Source: Octopus sinensis
Taxonomy: Eukaryota
Direction of reading: 5' to 3'
DNA length: 64,000 nt
NCBI RefSeq assembly: GCF_006345805.1
Contig: NC_043001.1
Location: 7,192,001-7,256,000, forward strand
This document shows, one piece after another, positions 63,630 to 64,000 of the stretch. Numbering within the stretch: the stretch's first letter is position 1; the number at the start of each line of letters is the position of its first letter. Both the position numbers and the translations under genes were made by a program. The notes beneath the pieces were generated by a model. It searched no databases and had not been told where the DNA came from. It was given only the letters and a program-made list of their open reading frames with translations.

Positions 63630-64000
63630 AAAACAAATTTCACAATGAGATAAAAATCCAAGGCTGTGAAAGATTTTAGAACCTTTATAAATAGTAGGTT
63701 TTACAGCAGTTTCCGGGATATTTTATATATCCCTTCATCGGAGACTGTGTGATTGAAGTGGAAGAATGAAAATAGAAGTGATATATGCAGGGATATTACA
63801 TCTGTAGATCTATTATTTAGGCAGAATGGTGTACATATAAGATTCTAATACCTTGTGAATAAGTTCCAATAGTATTTAAAATTGGTCATTCCAAGTATAG
63901 AGTTTGTACACAGTGTTATTAAACCGAAAGGTTTTATTTAAAGTGACTTGAAACTTGGGAAAGTATTTCTAAGGTGAAATCGAAAACAAGAAGAGAGGAA
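63630..64000 (-). mobile_element. Penelope-like 3' end, family H copy 2 (runs off the window)
   Basis: Homologous to 41595-41938; abuts (TA)n. Confidence 0.75.
63699..63744 (-). ncRNA. Minimal type I hammerhead motif (U4C variant)
   Basis: CCGAUGA A GGGAUAU-auaaa-AUAUCCC G GAAA CUGCUG UA; 7-bp stem II, GUA triplet, weak stem I. Confidence 0.6.

Overview
Repeat-dense, AT-rich eukaryotic DNA, most consistent with an octopus (octopod cephalopod). This is inferred from the tRNA-derived SINE families, the extreme (TA)n/(CA)n/(GATA)n load and a mollusc-type ND4 fragment; no database was searched. I can identify no host protein-coding gene, rRNA, true tRNA or CRISPR array, and nearly all ORFs in the supplied track are microsatellite or SINE artefacts. 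The window holds: (1) many SINE copies from about five families (letters A and C-F are my working labels); (2) decayed non-LTR retroelements (Penelope-like RT/GIY-YIG, RTE-like, CR1-like, and one with a restriction-like endonuclease); (3) Tc1/mariner, piggyBac-type and Helitron non-autonomous elements; (4) a 336-bp in-frame nuclear copy of mitochondrial ND4; (5) a 100-N assembly gap. The most striking signal is a set of at least ten minimal type I hammerhead-ribozyme motifs from at least six unrelated sequence families. They sit at Penelope-like element ends abutting simple-repeat tracts, mostly (TA)n, and several lie inside head-to-head palindromes carrying one outward-facing hammerhead on each strand. 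One (52442-52527) has a fully canonical core; others share recurrent non-canonical cores (U4C, A6U, an extra A after A9). All alignments and folds were done by eye, so boundaries of decayed elements are approximate.
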